Assembly (NCBI GenBank): GCA_951406725.2
Contig: OX597814.1
Location: forward strand, 39,370,001-39,434,000
Source: Octopus vulgaris
Taxonomy: Eukaryota
DNA: 64,000 bases
Reading direction: 5' to 3'
Below the pieces are notes generated by a model that had not been told where the DNA came from, searched no databases, and was given only the letters and a program-made list of their open reading frames with translations. Below are positions 25,640 through 41,959 of the stretch, piece after piece; the stretch's first letter is position 1; every line of letters starts with the position of its first letter. The translations under genes were made by a program, and so were the position numbers.

Positions 25640-26600
25640 TTTATGGGAAGAGACCACTCTTGTCTATATCATCCACGTGCATGCTAAAGCAAGGGTCAAG
25701 TACTCAATAGCTTTTGAGCAAAGTTGATGGAGTATATCACCTCCTTCTTAAAATTTCCTTCAAGTGGACTTGAAGAAGTTGATGAAAGGATGACTGAATA
25801 GAAACCAAACATCAAATTTTGCCGGCATTTGTTCTCCTCAAATCTTAATCATCATAGCCGCTTTATCAAGAAAAACTGCCAGCACTTTCCGGGTAAACGA
25901 AGGCGGTGATGTGATAATAATGATAGTATCGAGCGTATAGTCGAATCTGATCGACATGCACATCTGCTGCTGAACGCCGTAAGTCAGAAATACTCAACTA
26001 GTAAAGTATGCGCATAGTTTTGTCACATAGCGCACATTTCGCATAGTTCAAACCTATGTCACTCCCTTCTATGTAGAGTTGATCCCATCTCAGTAATGCT
26101 AATACAGCATAGGCTATTCGGCGAATAGACATCAACCAATCTTCTCCCAATAACGTTTTGCTCACCAATATAATCTTTCATAGAATACTATTGGTGATAT
26201 CTCCTCGCCATTAACCAACAGCTAGAGAACTGCGAGCGTCCTATATGTCATCCTGTTAATTGCCTTCGATTAAGCAAGTATTACTTGAAGTCAGCAACGG
26301 AGGCTGTGAGAATACATGCCTGACTGACGAAGATTAAAGCTCTTAATCCTCCAGCAATCTCTTCAGACGCCATACGCTCAGTATATGCCTGCATATTATC
26401 AGCAACAGCTCGTTCTAAGTATATTTAGGGTGTGCTAGTAGTAGACGCATCTCCTGAATAATGGAAGGCATCCGATTCACAGCATGAGAAATATGAGAAG
26501 CCCCAACATCAGATGAAACCTGAGACAAAGAACAACGGCCAAATGGCAATAAATGCATAAAGTCTATCACAGTCCATTCACCGTCCATCTAACTCACAAT
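25640..26600 (-). mobile_element. Degraded L1/Tx1-type LINE 3' coding end (copy 2)
   Basis: Minus strand DQLYIEGS..AKCALCDKTMR..ISDL and TIIIITSPPSFTRKVLAVFL parallel the same region as copy 1. Confidence 0.5.
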
Positions 26601-26609
26601 GTGAAACTA

Positions 26610-26799
26610 CGAGGGTGTGCTGAAAAGTTTCTCGCTTTAAGGGTATCACGAAAAACTTGGTTGGAGCCTCGAACTTCAGAGATCTTTTACAGAGTTTAGA
26701 AAAACTGAAAGGACCGCTGCAATAAGTGTGTGAATCTTAGAGGGGAATATGTTGTATAAAATCATAATTAACCGATCTTCCTTTTTCAGCACTTCCTCG
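26610..26799 (+). mobile_element. Mariner-derived MITE
   Basis: TA|CGAGGGTGTGCTGAAAAG ... CTTTTTCAGCACTTCCTCG inverted termini; internal remnant LEKLK/DRCNKCVNLRGEYVV* matches a mariner transposase C-terminus. Confidence 0.85.
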
Positions 26800-27918
26800 C
26801 ATATTGTTAAGGCATTCTTAAATAGCATGTGATCACCTTCGATAGTTTCAAATATATTTTGAAAGTTGTTCTGAAATAGCGTCGATTTCTTGACGTAATA
26901 AAATATATTTTTGATATAAATATGAAACCATAGTTTATGATGATTCTGTTTAATTACAATCATATTGATATAATATTTTAGTAATATCTATAAACATATT
27001 CATGATTTTCACGGTGAAGATGACGATTTTTTCGTTGGTTAGATGATGGTGGTAATGATGATAATAATGGTAATGGTATCGTCGTTGGTGGTGGTGGTGC
27101 CGGCAGCGGCGGTGGTGGTGGTGGTTGTGGCGGTGGCGAAGGCAAAGATAATGACAGGCAGGTCACGACAAAGAAAAAAAATCAAAGACTTGAAATAAAA
27201 CAATTGTGAGCAGGACAAAAGAGAAAAAAAGACAAGCGATACTGAAAAGTGGCTGGACTGGTGGTGGTGGTGGTAGTGGTTTCGGTGATAGTAGTAGTAG
27301 TAGTAGCTGCAGCAATAGTAATAGGAGATGGTGGTGTGGTAGTGGTAGCGGTGGCGGATACGGCGGTGGTGGTGGTGGTGGTGGTGGTAGTTGAGAACGA
27401 GAAAGAAACAAGGTAGGATCGCCTAAAAAACAAGGTGGGGTACAAAATACAAACAAGCAGGTAGGGAAACAATATCAGCCGTCATATCAATTTTCTTCTT
27501 TTTTCTTTGTTTCGAGTATTCTTCGTTCGACTGCAGGTGTGTGCTGCTGATAAACAATTTTCGACTAGTTGTCAAAAATTATCATTTTCTTATATTCTAA
27601 TCTTCTCTATTATGGTTCTTCTCCTTCTTCCTCTTCGTCTTCTCAAACAACTTCATAGTTTCACACACTGACATTGGCTCACTCACACACACACACACAC
27701 ACAAACACACGCTCACACGAATAGCTGTGTGTGTCTATCTGTGTGGGTGTGTTTATGTGTGTTTCTCTGTACGCATCTATATATACGTAAATAGATACGC
27801 ACATGTATATATATATACGTTTGTGTATGTGCGCGCACACAAAGAACACACATATATAAACACATGCATTTGCATATACATATATATCTACGTAGACCAC
27901 CAATATAAGTATGTATAT

Positions 27919-27987
<69 letters not shown>

Positions 27988-28103
27988 ATATATGTCGATA
28001 TACGTAGATGTATATATATATATATATATACATACATATATATATGCAAATGCATGTGTGTATATATATATATATATTTGTACATTAATATATGTGTGTA
28101 TAT

Positions 28104-28140
<37 letters not shown>

Positions 28141-28159
28141 TGTATTTATGTGTGTATAT

Positions 28160-28194
<35 letters not shown>

Positions 28195-28389
28195 TGTATA
28201 TATATATATATAACATATATACACGCACACACATACATACATACTTAAACGATCCCCCATATATGTGTGTGAGTGTGTGTGTGTGTCTGCCTAGAAGAGC
28301 AAGTGTGTGCATTGTTTCTTCATTCATATGCGTTGCAAATTCTTCTCGTTATTGTTTCTTGCATATTGCGTACATATCATACTAGTGAC

Positions 28390-28458
<69 letters not shown>

Positions 28459-28459
28459 G

Positions 28460-28925
28460 ATCTGATGCATTACAAGCACTGGCTCTCTATGCTCTGATGA
28501 AGTTAAGATCATAGCTGATCTTAACTGGTTTGAAGAATTATCATGTATATTGTTTTGTCTTAGTATAAAAGATGGGTTACAACAAATATCCTGCTCAGTA
28601 TCACAGATTTGCTGGTCGCTTCTTTGACCTTAACCAGTTGAGCATGTCCTTCATTAGGTGCCGATATGTGCGTTTCGGAACACGAGCTTTAGTGAAGGAG
28701 CATCATATCCATGTGATGAGAGGAATTGTTTGTAGTTTGAATATTCACTTCTGGAAACATGGGTGTTTCGTTCAACATCGTTAAACAACCCTTATTCAGG
28801 GGACATGAACTCGGATGGGCTACTCGCCCTGAAGAAAATTCTATCAGATGTGTAGTCATGATGGGTATACTGGGCTTCGTCTATTTTACCACAGTGTCAC
28901 ATAGATGGCTTGCACTGCTCCCTCA
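28460..28925 (+). mobile_element. Family E element, internally deleted, after (AAT)n
   Basis: Co-linear with 9541-10092 but lacks roughly the 9905-10000 segment. Confidence 0.85.
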
Positions 28926-29404
28926 TCCAGCAACAACAACAGCAACAACAGCAACAATAATATTAATAATGATAATATATTATTATCATCATCATCATCA
29001 TCATCATCATTATTATTATTGCTGTTGTATGAATCTCCGCAGCTTATTTTGCTGGGTATGGTGGAATATGTCAGCTGACTACAGCCAACAGACTAAGGTG
29101 AAACTTGTTTACAGGTCATACTTCAAAAACCCTGCGAAGAACTCTTGCAGTTCCTCATACTTCATTGTGTATTCACCTGATCGTTCTGTGACCGATACCC
29201 ACTTCCCACTCCTTCCCTGTCCCTCTCTGCCCCCACCTTCATTCAGATATATCAGCTCCCATGTAACTATTTACTTTTCTACGTCTTTTTAACATATTAG
29301 TCTGCTTTTCTCTAACTTTCTTTGCACAAGGGCTTTCATTTTCCAGCGTGGCAGAGAGAATCATAGAACAAAACGAGATGCGGGAATTAGCATTTTCTAT
29401 TCAC

Positions 29405-29600
29405 GGATTGACAGAATCGTAAAGGAATCGAAAAAGAGATCTACCTCGCGGTGTTTCTTTCGACTCTTTACAATTTCTGTTCAAATACATGTTCTTATTC
29501 AACTTTACATTTTATCCTTTTGGAGTCGATATAATATTGTATCGGTCAAGCACTGGGTTTCATGCTATCGAGTAAAGCTGTACAATAAATTTTTTTGCCT
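29405..29600 (+). mobile_element. Diverged SINE family B
   Basis: GACAGAATCGTAA...TTTATCCTTTTGGAGTCGATA...CACTGGG followed by (ATT)n. Confidence 0.6.
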
Positions 29601-29834
29601 ATAGTATTATTATTATTATTATTATTATTAATAATAATAATAATATTTTCCAATTGATTTGAATTTATTTCATCTTCCGACGGGGTCTCAACCAGGGCAC
29701 ATATATTTGATGGAGAGAAACTTCATGAGAATATGGCCGGTTGATGTCACACAGCTTTTTGAATTTCATAGATTATGATTTCCAAGGGATCTTGTCAAAA
29801 ATTGTTTGCAATTATTATTATTATTAATATTGCG

Positions 29835-30352
29835 AAAAAGAGCAGTGCATCCCACCAAAGTGACACGGGGTAAAATATACGAAGCCCACTATACACATCA
29901 TGATTACACTTCTGATATAGGTACACAAGGCGGCACATGCATCACAAGCATATGTGCACGATATGGTGATCCCATATCAAGATAGACAGTGCATGACCTA
30001 GCAGGTGCGGCCAGGAAGAAACTTCTTCAGGTCGAGTAGCCCATCGCGCTAAAAATGTCCTTGGATAAGATTTGTTGAATGATGATGAACTAAAACCCAT
30101 GTTACCAGGGACGAATTATTCAAACCCGAAAGAATTCCTCACAACACATAGTAATGACGCTCCCCGATGACTTCTGCCCCTGATCGAAGATGCACATAGC
30201 TTTAACCACCAAGAGAAAGCATAACCAGTTATAGTCAAAGAAGTGACAAGTAAATCTGAGGTATTGAGCAGATATTGGTTATATCCCATTTTTTACACCA
30301 AGAAAAATCAGGTACATTATAACACTTCTAAGCAATAAACAGAAGCCATGAG
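29835..30352 (-). mobile_element. Family E element
   Basis: Reverse complement of 9541-10092 (GAGCAGTGCA...AAAATATACGAAGCCCA...AGAAGCCATGAGAG), between (ATT)n tracts. Confidence 0.85.
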
Positions 30353-30364
30353 AGTTAGTACCTG

Positions 30365-32510
<2,146 letters not shown>

Positions 32511-32571
32511 AGTGTCCATGTAAATGGCTTACCTCCTAGCCTTCTAGCAAAATTTGAAACCATACATATTA

Positions 32572-33112
32572 TTGAATGAGAGAGCAGCGCACGCATTCAA
32601 AGTGACACTTAGGTACAAATATATGAAGCCCAATGTACCCATCATGATTATCCATCTGAGAAGGGTACAGCAAGCACATACATCACAACCATATGTGTAC
32701 ATGGTGACCTTATATCAAATTAAACAGCGCATGACTTTGTAGGTGTTGCCCAATTAGAATTTTCTTCAGGTCAAATACCCCATTTCGCTCATAATGTCCC
32801 CGAATAATATCTGTTTAAAAACAGAACACCTATGTTTCCGAGGATGAATTATAAAAAAAAAAAAATGAAAAACAAAGAATCCCTCTAGACACACTGCTAT
32901 GATATTCCCTCACTATTTCTGCTTGTGTTCAGAGATGTACAAATCATCAGCCACAAGGAGACATGCTCAGTTGGTGAAGGTTAATCAAATGACAAATAAA
33001 TTTGCAGTATTGAGTTGAATATTTGCTGTAGCTCATCATTTACACTAAGCCAATCAGTTCAGATCAGAACCTACGAGAGCCACTGCATTGCACTGCATTA
33101 AGACAGCCTGGT
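32572..33112 (-). mobile_element. Family E element immediately 5' of the R4/Dong fragment
   Basis: Reverse complement of 9541-10092. Confidence 0.85.
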
Positions 33113-33577
33113 ATTATTAAAATAATACAAAAAGAAAAAAAGAAAAAGGAAAACGTAAGACCGACTCGAGACCATACATTAACATTAAACAAATTAAAGG
33201 TGGTACTTTCCGAAATTGTCTTTCTTTCTGTCGGCTTTAATGTGTAGGATGTTTACCATAGAGATAATGATTTTTTGTTTATGCTTTAAGGTATTGTTTC
33301 GTATGTATTGTCACTTATGCCTTCGCTTCATTTAACGCTAAATATATTTTCTATATATTGTGTTACAATAAAGTGTTTACATTTGAATACGAAGGAGAAC
33401 TGAGTTACCTTCTTATTCTATTTGAGATGAAATCTTGCATAAATCGGTGTAGGAACATTGTGAACTAAATGAAATGAGCCGAACAATATAATTTGCAGTG
33501 TCTACGTTCGATACTATTATTGTGAATCTGTGTCTATCTTCCTTTTATAGGAGCTGTGTAAACTTAATTCTTTCTAA

Positions 33578-33725
33578 TTTTGAGAGCAAAGCCAAAAGTT
33601 TTCATGAGAATGGGTAAGTCGTTCACATCGACCCCATTACTTTAGTGGCATGTATTTGATCGACCCCGAAAGATTTAAAGACTTTTCGACTCAGAACGTA
33701 AAACCAAAAGAAATGCCACTATGCA
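33578..33725 (-). mobile_element. SINE family B, internally deleted
   Basis: TAAGTCGTTCACATCGACCCCA...ATCGACCCCGAAAG...ACTCAGAACGTAAA. Confidence 0.7.
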
Positions 33726-33924
33726 TAGGTTCATCCAGGAGACTTTATATTACCCGCAAATTTTACATGGGTATGTGAATTTAACAGGTTTCTTAATACA
33801 CCACATATGTTTTAACTAGGTCCTACAGGATACAGAGATTAATCGCTAGTGATTAATCTGAGTTCCAACATTAAGTACTGGAGATATTTCTTTTATTTCT
33901 CCATCTTTCCTATTAAACACTCCA

Positions 33925-33967
<43 letters not shown>

Positions 33968-34781
33968 TGTCCTTGTTCCCACTCTATAGCAAATGCTTTC
34001 GCCGAAAATAAGGAAAATATTAAAGAAAGGAGTGAACTTGTACTCAGCACGGAAGCTTATATCCATAATGATAATGACATCAATGTTTTACAGTGTAAAA
34101 ATACACACCATTTTGGGTGCAAAGAAATGGCTAAGAATTCTATTCGGTACTTAACAGAAAATATATTTTTTATAGTTTCGAAAGAAAGCGTATGGCTAAG
34201 ACATATCTGACAGGATTTAAAATCAGAAATGAGAAGCAAATGAATACTGAAATGGGGAATCACATTTAACTAATTAGTAATCATCATTTTAAACATTGAC
34301 CAATACCTGAATACATCAAAAAGACGTGCAGCTTAGTATTCAATATCTTTATTTGACTGCACCTTAATTTATCGGCTCATGATAGATGAAAGATAAAACC
34401 GAAGTCTTTGAATTGAAAGTGAGGTTAATTAAACGCTGTAAATATTTAGTCTGTCAGTCTAAAATTAGTGCAAGCAAGAGAAGTTGGAACTGGTACTAAA
34501 TTATTGATTACCAGGTGCTTATATCGTTGACCCGTGATTAATTATAGAGAAAGTAAAATATGGCAACGATTTGAATTGAGACTTTGAGAAAGCATAAGGT
34601 AAATGGAACGGCCTGAAACTGAGGTAGCAAAAAGCAATAGGAACGTTGCTTTACCGACGGGAGTGACACTGAATTAGAAACAAAAGGGAAAGTACAGCTA
34701 TATGGTCATGAAACGTTTTGTACGTGCACATAGAAATCACACACGCACACATGTGTATATATGCGTGCATGTGTGTGTAGG

Positions 34782-34849
<68 letters not shown>

Positions 34850-34852
<3 letters not shown>

Positions 34853-35233
34853 TCCTTTGCTCTTTTACTTGTTTCAGTCATTTGACTGCGGCCAAGCTGG
34901 ACCACCGCCTTCAGTCGAGCAAATCAACCCCAAGATTTATTCTTTGTAAGCCTAGGACTTATTCTATCTGTCTATTTTGCCGATCCACTAAGTTAAGTGT
35001 ACGTAAACACACCAGCATCGGTTGTCAAGCGATATTGGGAGGACAAAAACAGACACACAAACACACACATATATATATATACATGTATACGACGGGCTTC
35101 TTTTAGTTTCCGTCAACAAATCCACTCACAAGCCTTTCGGTCGGCCTGAGTAGTAGAAGACTCTTGCCCAAGGTGCTACGCAGTTGGACTGAATCCGGAA
35201 GCTTATGGTTGGTAAGCAAGCTACTTAGCACAC
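34850..35233 (-). mobile_element. SINE family C, near full length
   Basis: Co-linear with 7192-7584. Confidence 0.9.
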
Positions 35234-35243
35234 GTTAAAAAGA

Positions 35244-35438
35244 CATTATTAAGAAACAGACATGGTAAATGTAATAAAATTAGACCTTACCCTGTATAAA
35301 CCACAAAGCCAGAACATATGTGTTCTTGCTATATAAACCACAAAGAAAGAACTTATTTGTTCTTGCTTTGTGGTTTATACAGGTATGGCCTAACTTTATT
35401 ATATTCGTTACATTCACCGCGTGTGTTTCTTAATAATG
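35244..35438. repeat. Imperfect fold-back with internal ~38-bp tandem duplication
   Basis: CATTATTAAGAAACA...CCTGTATAAACCACAAAGC pairs with GCTTTGTGGTTTATACAGG...TGTTTCTTAATAATG. Confidence 0.85.
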
Positions 35439-35527
35439 AGAAATTTTTGAATTTAGAATATTAACTCCTATTTCTAGGGATTGGTGTTCCGCTACCCTAA
35501 TTTATTCATTTGTATATTTTACGTATA

Positions 35528-35702
35528 CAGTAATCCTTTGAATATCGCGATAGGTGAAAATCCGCGAAAAATGAACAGTACTGTACTGTATACATATTTG
35601 TATTATTCTTATAATTTGTATATATTTATTTTATAATAAATGCCAAATAGAGGAATCGACGTTAGCTTAAATAGTAAACCGCGATGTAGCGAAAGATTAT
35701 TG
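35528..35702. mobile_element. pogo/Tigger-like MITE
   Basis: TA|CAGTAATCCTTTGAATATCGCG ... CGCGATGTAGCGAAAGATTATTG|TA: imperfect TIRs with TA target duplication. Confidence 0.75.
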
Positions 35703-35769
35703 TATAGGTTAAACTTCCTGATCACTTTATTATTATTATTTTTAATAATGGTAATAACACTTATGTACA

Positions 35770-36022
35770 TTGGGATGTTGCATAAATAATAGGGGGTTTT
35801 TTTTCAAAAAAATTTATTCAACAAAAACAATAACAGTATTTAACAAAAAACATCTTTAAATGACGGTCTAACAGTCTGCCAAGCAAATGGGAAGCAGTAA
35901 TTGAAGTAGATGATTAATATGGTCCGGAATAATCATTTAAAATAGTTTTGTTATTTGTTGTTATTGTTTTTGTTGAATGAGATTTGTGGAAAAAACGCCA
36001 CAATAATTATACACCAACCCAA
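35770..36022 (+). mobile_element. Mariner-derived MITE
   Basis: TTGGGATGTTGCATAAATAAT ... AATAATTATACACCAACCCAA|TA termini, extended inverted subterminal arms, remnant SLPSKWEAVIEVDD*YGPE* of a transposase C-terminus. Confidence 0.8.
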
Positions 36023-36223
36023 TACATATATGCGTGTGTGTGTGTGCACATACATTCATATTTACATATACATACACAAAAATATATGAGTCCATATATG
36101 TACATATGTATTTTATTCATATATACATGTGTGTGTATATGTGTTTGTGTGTCTGCGTTTGTGTCTGTGTATATCCTTATAATAAATTACGTATATAATT
36201 GATGGTTGTTAGGACTGAAGTGA

Positions 36224-36345
<122 letters not shown>

Positions 36346-36493
36346 AATGCATATATATATAGATACATATATATATATATACATACATACATATATATAC
36401 ATACATGCACATAAAGATGTGTGTGTATCTATGCATTTACGTACATGTATGTGTGGTGCGTGTGAGCATGTAAGACTTTGATGTATATAAGTG

Positions 36494-36528
<35 letters not shown>

Positions 36529-39175
36529 ATTGTATATATACTCATGCTGGCATTATATATAGTGATAAATATTTGGAAGCGGCGGAAGATTTTTTTTATC
36601 GCAAATGCACATCAATATGGATTTGAACATTGTAATGAAATTTCTGATAAACGCAAAATCGTTAACGTTGAAATCTTCGGCGAACATCAGTACATATTCA
36701 TTACCAAACCAGCTATAGTTGTGTTAAGGAATGCTTTGGTTTACAGTTCAAGAAATATTGAGGTACGTATTCACAAATGCACACGTACAGATCCACATTT
36801 CATAGAAATATGGAAAGAGAGGCAGACCGAGAAGCATATATAGATATATGAATATATAGACAGGCACAAAAATATACATACATATATACACATACATACA
36901 CATGTATATGTATGTACACACACATACGCCCACAAAACACATACTGTCTCTGCAATGCCTCGGTCGAATAAGAGAAATAAAGAATTAAGCAAAAGAATAA
37001 CTATATTTCATTATATCTTACCCTCATGTATGCATATATTCAGGTACGTTCATCCACGCATACATAAATACACACTTACGTACATACATACGTGCATACA
37101 CACACATACATATACTTTTACATATTCAAACATGTTCTCACACAAATATAACGGTTCGGTAGTTTGTGTAATGATACTCTACATTTATTTTCTTGCAATT
37201 TAATGTGAGATGTGATTGTTAACGTTGGATTAACGCTCATATCTTTTTATCGCTGTTATTCATGTTGAAGTATTCTGGGGTTTTTTTGTTTTGTTTTGTT
37301 TTTTTGCTATATGTGCCTAGAGGGAGTATTTGGCAAAACGCATTCATATTTAACATATATAACGAGCAAATGTGTAGAGGGGGTGTTACAGGACGGGATA
37401 TTATTAAATTTGTAATTCTAATTGCAGTTTTCGATTTCGCAAAACAATACTACCAAAAAATGCTTTGATGAGTTCAATAAAACAGAATATTACAGAAACT
37501 CACATATACACGCAACCTCGCGCTTATGTATGTACTTTTGTGTGTATGTATGTATGTAAGTATGTATGAATGTATGTATGTATGTATGGATGGATGGATG
37601 GATGGATGGATGGATGGATGGATGGATGGATTGTTGGATGGATGGATAACAGTTACTAAATGTGCTAGGCTGACGTAATGGGCACTATGTTTTTAAGCAT
37701 ATTGAGCTGGACACCCTGACTAAAATTTACTACTAGAATGTTCAATAATTGTACTCGCAGCCAGGCTACATGTTACACGACTATGCACAGAGCGACTCTT
37801 GTTGATGAAGCAGTACATTGGATTCTATGTTTCGTCTTCTCCAGTAACTGCCAGGTAAATTTTAAAAGAACCCTAAGAAATCATCGCACGTGAATATGAC
37901 AAGTAATTCTAATATACCTGGTGTTCTCTCTCACCACATAGCTCTTGTTGAACAATGATCTCTTTTAAGAGTTATAAACTTTGATATTTGAATCCACGTC
38001 TTACCGTTCAGATATTACTGTGCAACATCATGCTATGTTTTTGAATAAAGTCAATCGCTGACACTATTCTATTTCTCGATAAAGCAGAGACAATCTTGAG
38101 GATACCTGAGAAACTGCACATTGCAAGCAGACAGATACACATCGTTATGTTCTTTGATTCCTATATGATTGACATCTGAAAGAAAAAGACAAGTGTATGC
38201 ATAAGTAAGCACATGGATTAAACATTTGTCTTATTGGTATGCTTCTTTGAATTTAGATTTATTAAGCTCTGAATATAAAAAGAGAAAATAAGAAACCTTT
38301 GCACGCATGTATAGGCATAATCCAGACATATACTCACACGCGAGATAGAAGTATACACGTATATATAAATATACATACGTGCATACATGTTTATATATAT
38401 ATATATTTATGCATGTATGTATATGTATACGCACACATACACATATACACAGGTAGACATATATACACTTCTGTACAATTTTCTACTTAAACGTATTTTC
38501 TCTACATTCACCTGTATCTATGTCAATCAATTTGGGTCTTTGTATACATGTGAGTGGAGGGGGGTATACATAGGTATGAACAAACATGCTCACATACACA
38601 CATACACACATACACAAGCACACACAGGCATACAAGCAGACAAGCACACACAGGCACACACACACATATGTTAACACACATTATCATACATATACTTTTA
38701 CACTACGTCTGTAAGAGGGTCTTCAAATCTCACCTCACACTATGTCTCTCATGCATTCTCAACCAATTCTTCTCCCACTCTCTCGGTCTCTCTCTTTCTC
38801 TATGTGTATGTGTGCGCGCGTATGCGCAAATACTACATACGCATTTTATAAATACCTTTCTGTTTATCTATCTGTCTTTGCATGTGTATGGAATTTATGT
38901 GCATGCGTATTCTCTCAACTAGTTCTACAGATAACTATATTTAGGGCAGAATAATTACCGTTGTTTGATTAAATATCGAAAATACGTGTTAAATTATACA
39001 TATTTAATGCGCATCCATGTAAACACATGTACACATATATATATGTATATTTCAATGTTTATTTCTCTCTCTCTCTCTATGTCTCTCTCTCTAATTATAT
39101 ATATATATATATAATAAGACGTTATATAGATGGATATATGTATATATATATAAGATGCACAAACCCACAGACACA

Positions 39176-39248
<73 letters not shown>

Positions 39249-39299
39249 TTATATATCCGTATATATTCAGGCACATATACGATGGTCTCTTCCGTCGGA

Positions 39300-39566
39300 A
39301 ACATCGTATGAGCGTTCAGATTCTGTTGTGAGACCTGCAAATACTATTTCGTTATAATGATGCCACACATAAGCTAATTGTTTTCATCACATGGACGTTG
39401 ACTGAACAGGTGCACTGTGTACCACTAGTCAGGTGTCGAAGTGATCGCAGAGCAAGGTGATAGAGTGTTGCTAAAAAACATGAAAATGCAATACCTGATC
39501 TAGGAATTGAAATCATGATCGCTAGATTCTTGCCGCATCAGCCTAACTCCTAATCGATGTACCCTC

Positions 39567-39569
<3 letters not shown>
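39300..39569 (-). mobile_element. tRNA-derived SINE family D
   Basis: Minus-strand degenerate tRNA head; shares CTGAACAGGTGCAC and AGTGATCGCAGAG with 57765-57962. Confidence 0.65.
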
Positions 39570-39622
<53 letters not shown>

Positions 39623-39778
39623 TCCACATATATATGTATGTATATATATATGCATATATATATATATATTTATATATGTATATATATATGTGTACATATA
39701 TATCTATATATATATATGTGTATATATATATGTATATATATATATGTATATATATATATGTATATATATATACATATG

Positions 39779-39825
<47 letters not shown>

Positions 39826-39850
39826 GTATATATATATGTATATATATATG

Positions 39851-39903
<53 letters not shown>

Positions 39904-39905
39904 GT
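39570..39905. repeat. Interrupted (TA)n satellite
   Basis: Direct repeats. Confidence 0.95.
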
Positions 39906-40047
39906 GTGTGTGTGCACATGTGTGTGTACATGTGCATGGATGTGTGTATTTGTGTGTGCGTATGTGTTTTGGTTTGACCAATACACAAACAGCATTAAGC
40001 ATTTGTGACACTTTCTTAGTTTTACTCTTTCTTTTCACCTGTTTAGA

Positions 40048-40111
<64 letters not shown>

Positions 40112-40561
40112 TGTAGTAGCAGCAGCAGCAGTGGCAGTAGTATTAGTTTTAGTAGTATTAGTTGTGTTTGTGATGTGGTGGTGGTGCTTGGTGGTTTTAA
40201 TGGTGGTGTTGGGGGCGGCAGTTTTGGTGATAGTAGCAATAGTTGAATATAGCAGTAGTAGTAAAAGTTATTTTATCAAAATATTAATTGTTTCTAACAA
40301 AGATTTCAAGGCCAATATGTTGAGAAATAATATTCGATTCTCGTCCTTGACAGAATGGAACGAAATTCAATGGAAAACTCGTCAGGATTTGCACAAAGAT
40401 ATTTGCAAGATAAAATATCGCAGGATGTATTTATGAGGCTTTATCTATTATGCCATTCCACCGCATTTACTAATAATTACATTATTATTAATTAAAATAA
40501 TAATATATTAACATTAATTGTGATATCTATATATTTAGATTGTATTAATTATTTGATACTT

Positions 40562-40768
40562 AGGCAGCGAGCAGGCAGAATCGTTAGCACGACCAGCAAA
40601 ATGTTCAGTGGCATTTCGCACCTCTTGATGTTTTGAGTTCGAATTACTCCGAGGTCATCTTTGCCTTTCATCGCTTCAGTGTCGATAAAAGGAGTTCCAG
40701 TTGAGCGCTGATGTAATCGACTTACATCTTTCCCCGAAATTGCTGGCCTTGTGCTAAAATTTCCAACC
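40562..40768 (+). mobile_element. SINE family B, full length
   Basis: AGGCAGCGAGCAGGCAGAATCGTTAGCAC...GAGTTCGAATT...GGCCTTGTGCTAAAATTTCCAACC-(ATT)n. Confidence 0.85.
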
Positions 40769-41104
40769 ATTATTATTATCATTATTTCTTTGACCTTTCT
40801 TACCAGTCTTAAAAGCATAACCATCGGTCCAATTTCTCTCTTTCTCTGTTGCCATGTCCACACATACACATAAATATATGTATTCACACACACACACACA
40901 CACATATATACATGGTTTGAAGGTGAAGAAAAGTACACCAAAATTTCAAGTTTAAAAACATAATCTATCTTCTAATGCTTAAATAGTCATAGATTATGAA
41001 CATTTACTGTAAATATATTTCAAAGAATTCTTACATTTTTTTATATTTTTCATTATTACAATATACACTATTATGTTAACGAGCTTAACCACCATTATTA
41101 GAAG

Positions 41105-41295
41105 AAGAATCGTAAGAGCGTCAGAGTAAAAAATTGTTCATGGAATTTGTTCCTGCATTTACATTTTGAGTTCATAACTTTGCCTTCTATCCATTCGTTA
41201 TAGATAAAAGAAAGGACCCGTCAATTATTGGTGTCATTCCTATCGACTAATTTCCGCCCCCTCAAAATTCCTGATCTTCTATCTAATCCAGGAAT
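41105..41295 (+). mobile_element. Diverged SINE family B with (ATT)n tail
   Basis: AGAATCGTAAGAGCGTC...TTTTGAGTTCA..ACTTTGCCTT. Confidence 0.6.
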
Positions 41296-41297
41296 CA

Positions 41298-41382
<85 letters not shown>

Positions 41383-41733
41383 CATTATTATTATATCAAT
41401 GCGTGGTAGAGTTGGTAGTGCAATCGATGACATCTTTTGTGCTGCCTAACACAAGACTACTTTCCAGTGTTGACAATGGAAAATAACAGATAAATTCTGT
41501 AGCACCCTGATGAAGCATTAAATCATAGGTCCCACAGACTTAAATATATAACGTCAAGACTAAATACTTTAATATATTTTTCGCCTACTTCGTTTGTTTT
41601 CTCTTAAAAACCGTTCAGAAAAGGACCAGTCATTTTACATTATGGCTGTGTCCTTTGAAACATAAATTGTCACACTGTGTATATATTTTAGATGTTTTTA
41701 TTGTCGTCGTCGCCATCTTCGTCTTCTTCATTG

Positions 41734-41952
<219 letters not shown>

Positions 41953-41959
41953 TTGTGTA

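Noticed and set aside
27030-27395. Gly/Pro-rich ORFs or a G-quadruplex regulatory element
   Set aside because: Ordinary degenerate (GGT)n/(AGT)n microsatellite.
28493-28525. CTGATGA followed by the hairpin AGTTAAGATCA/TGATCTTAACT as a hammerhead
   Set aside because: No GAAA box or stem I/III; it is a local inverted duplication within a family E copy.
41507-41535. CTGATGAAG hammerhead start
   Set aside because: No stem II or GAAAC follows.
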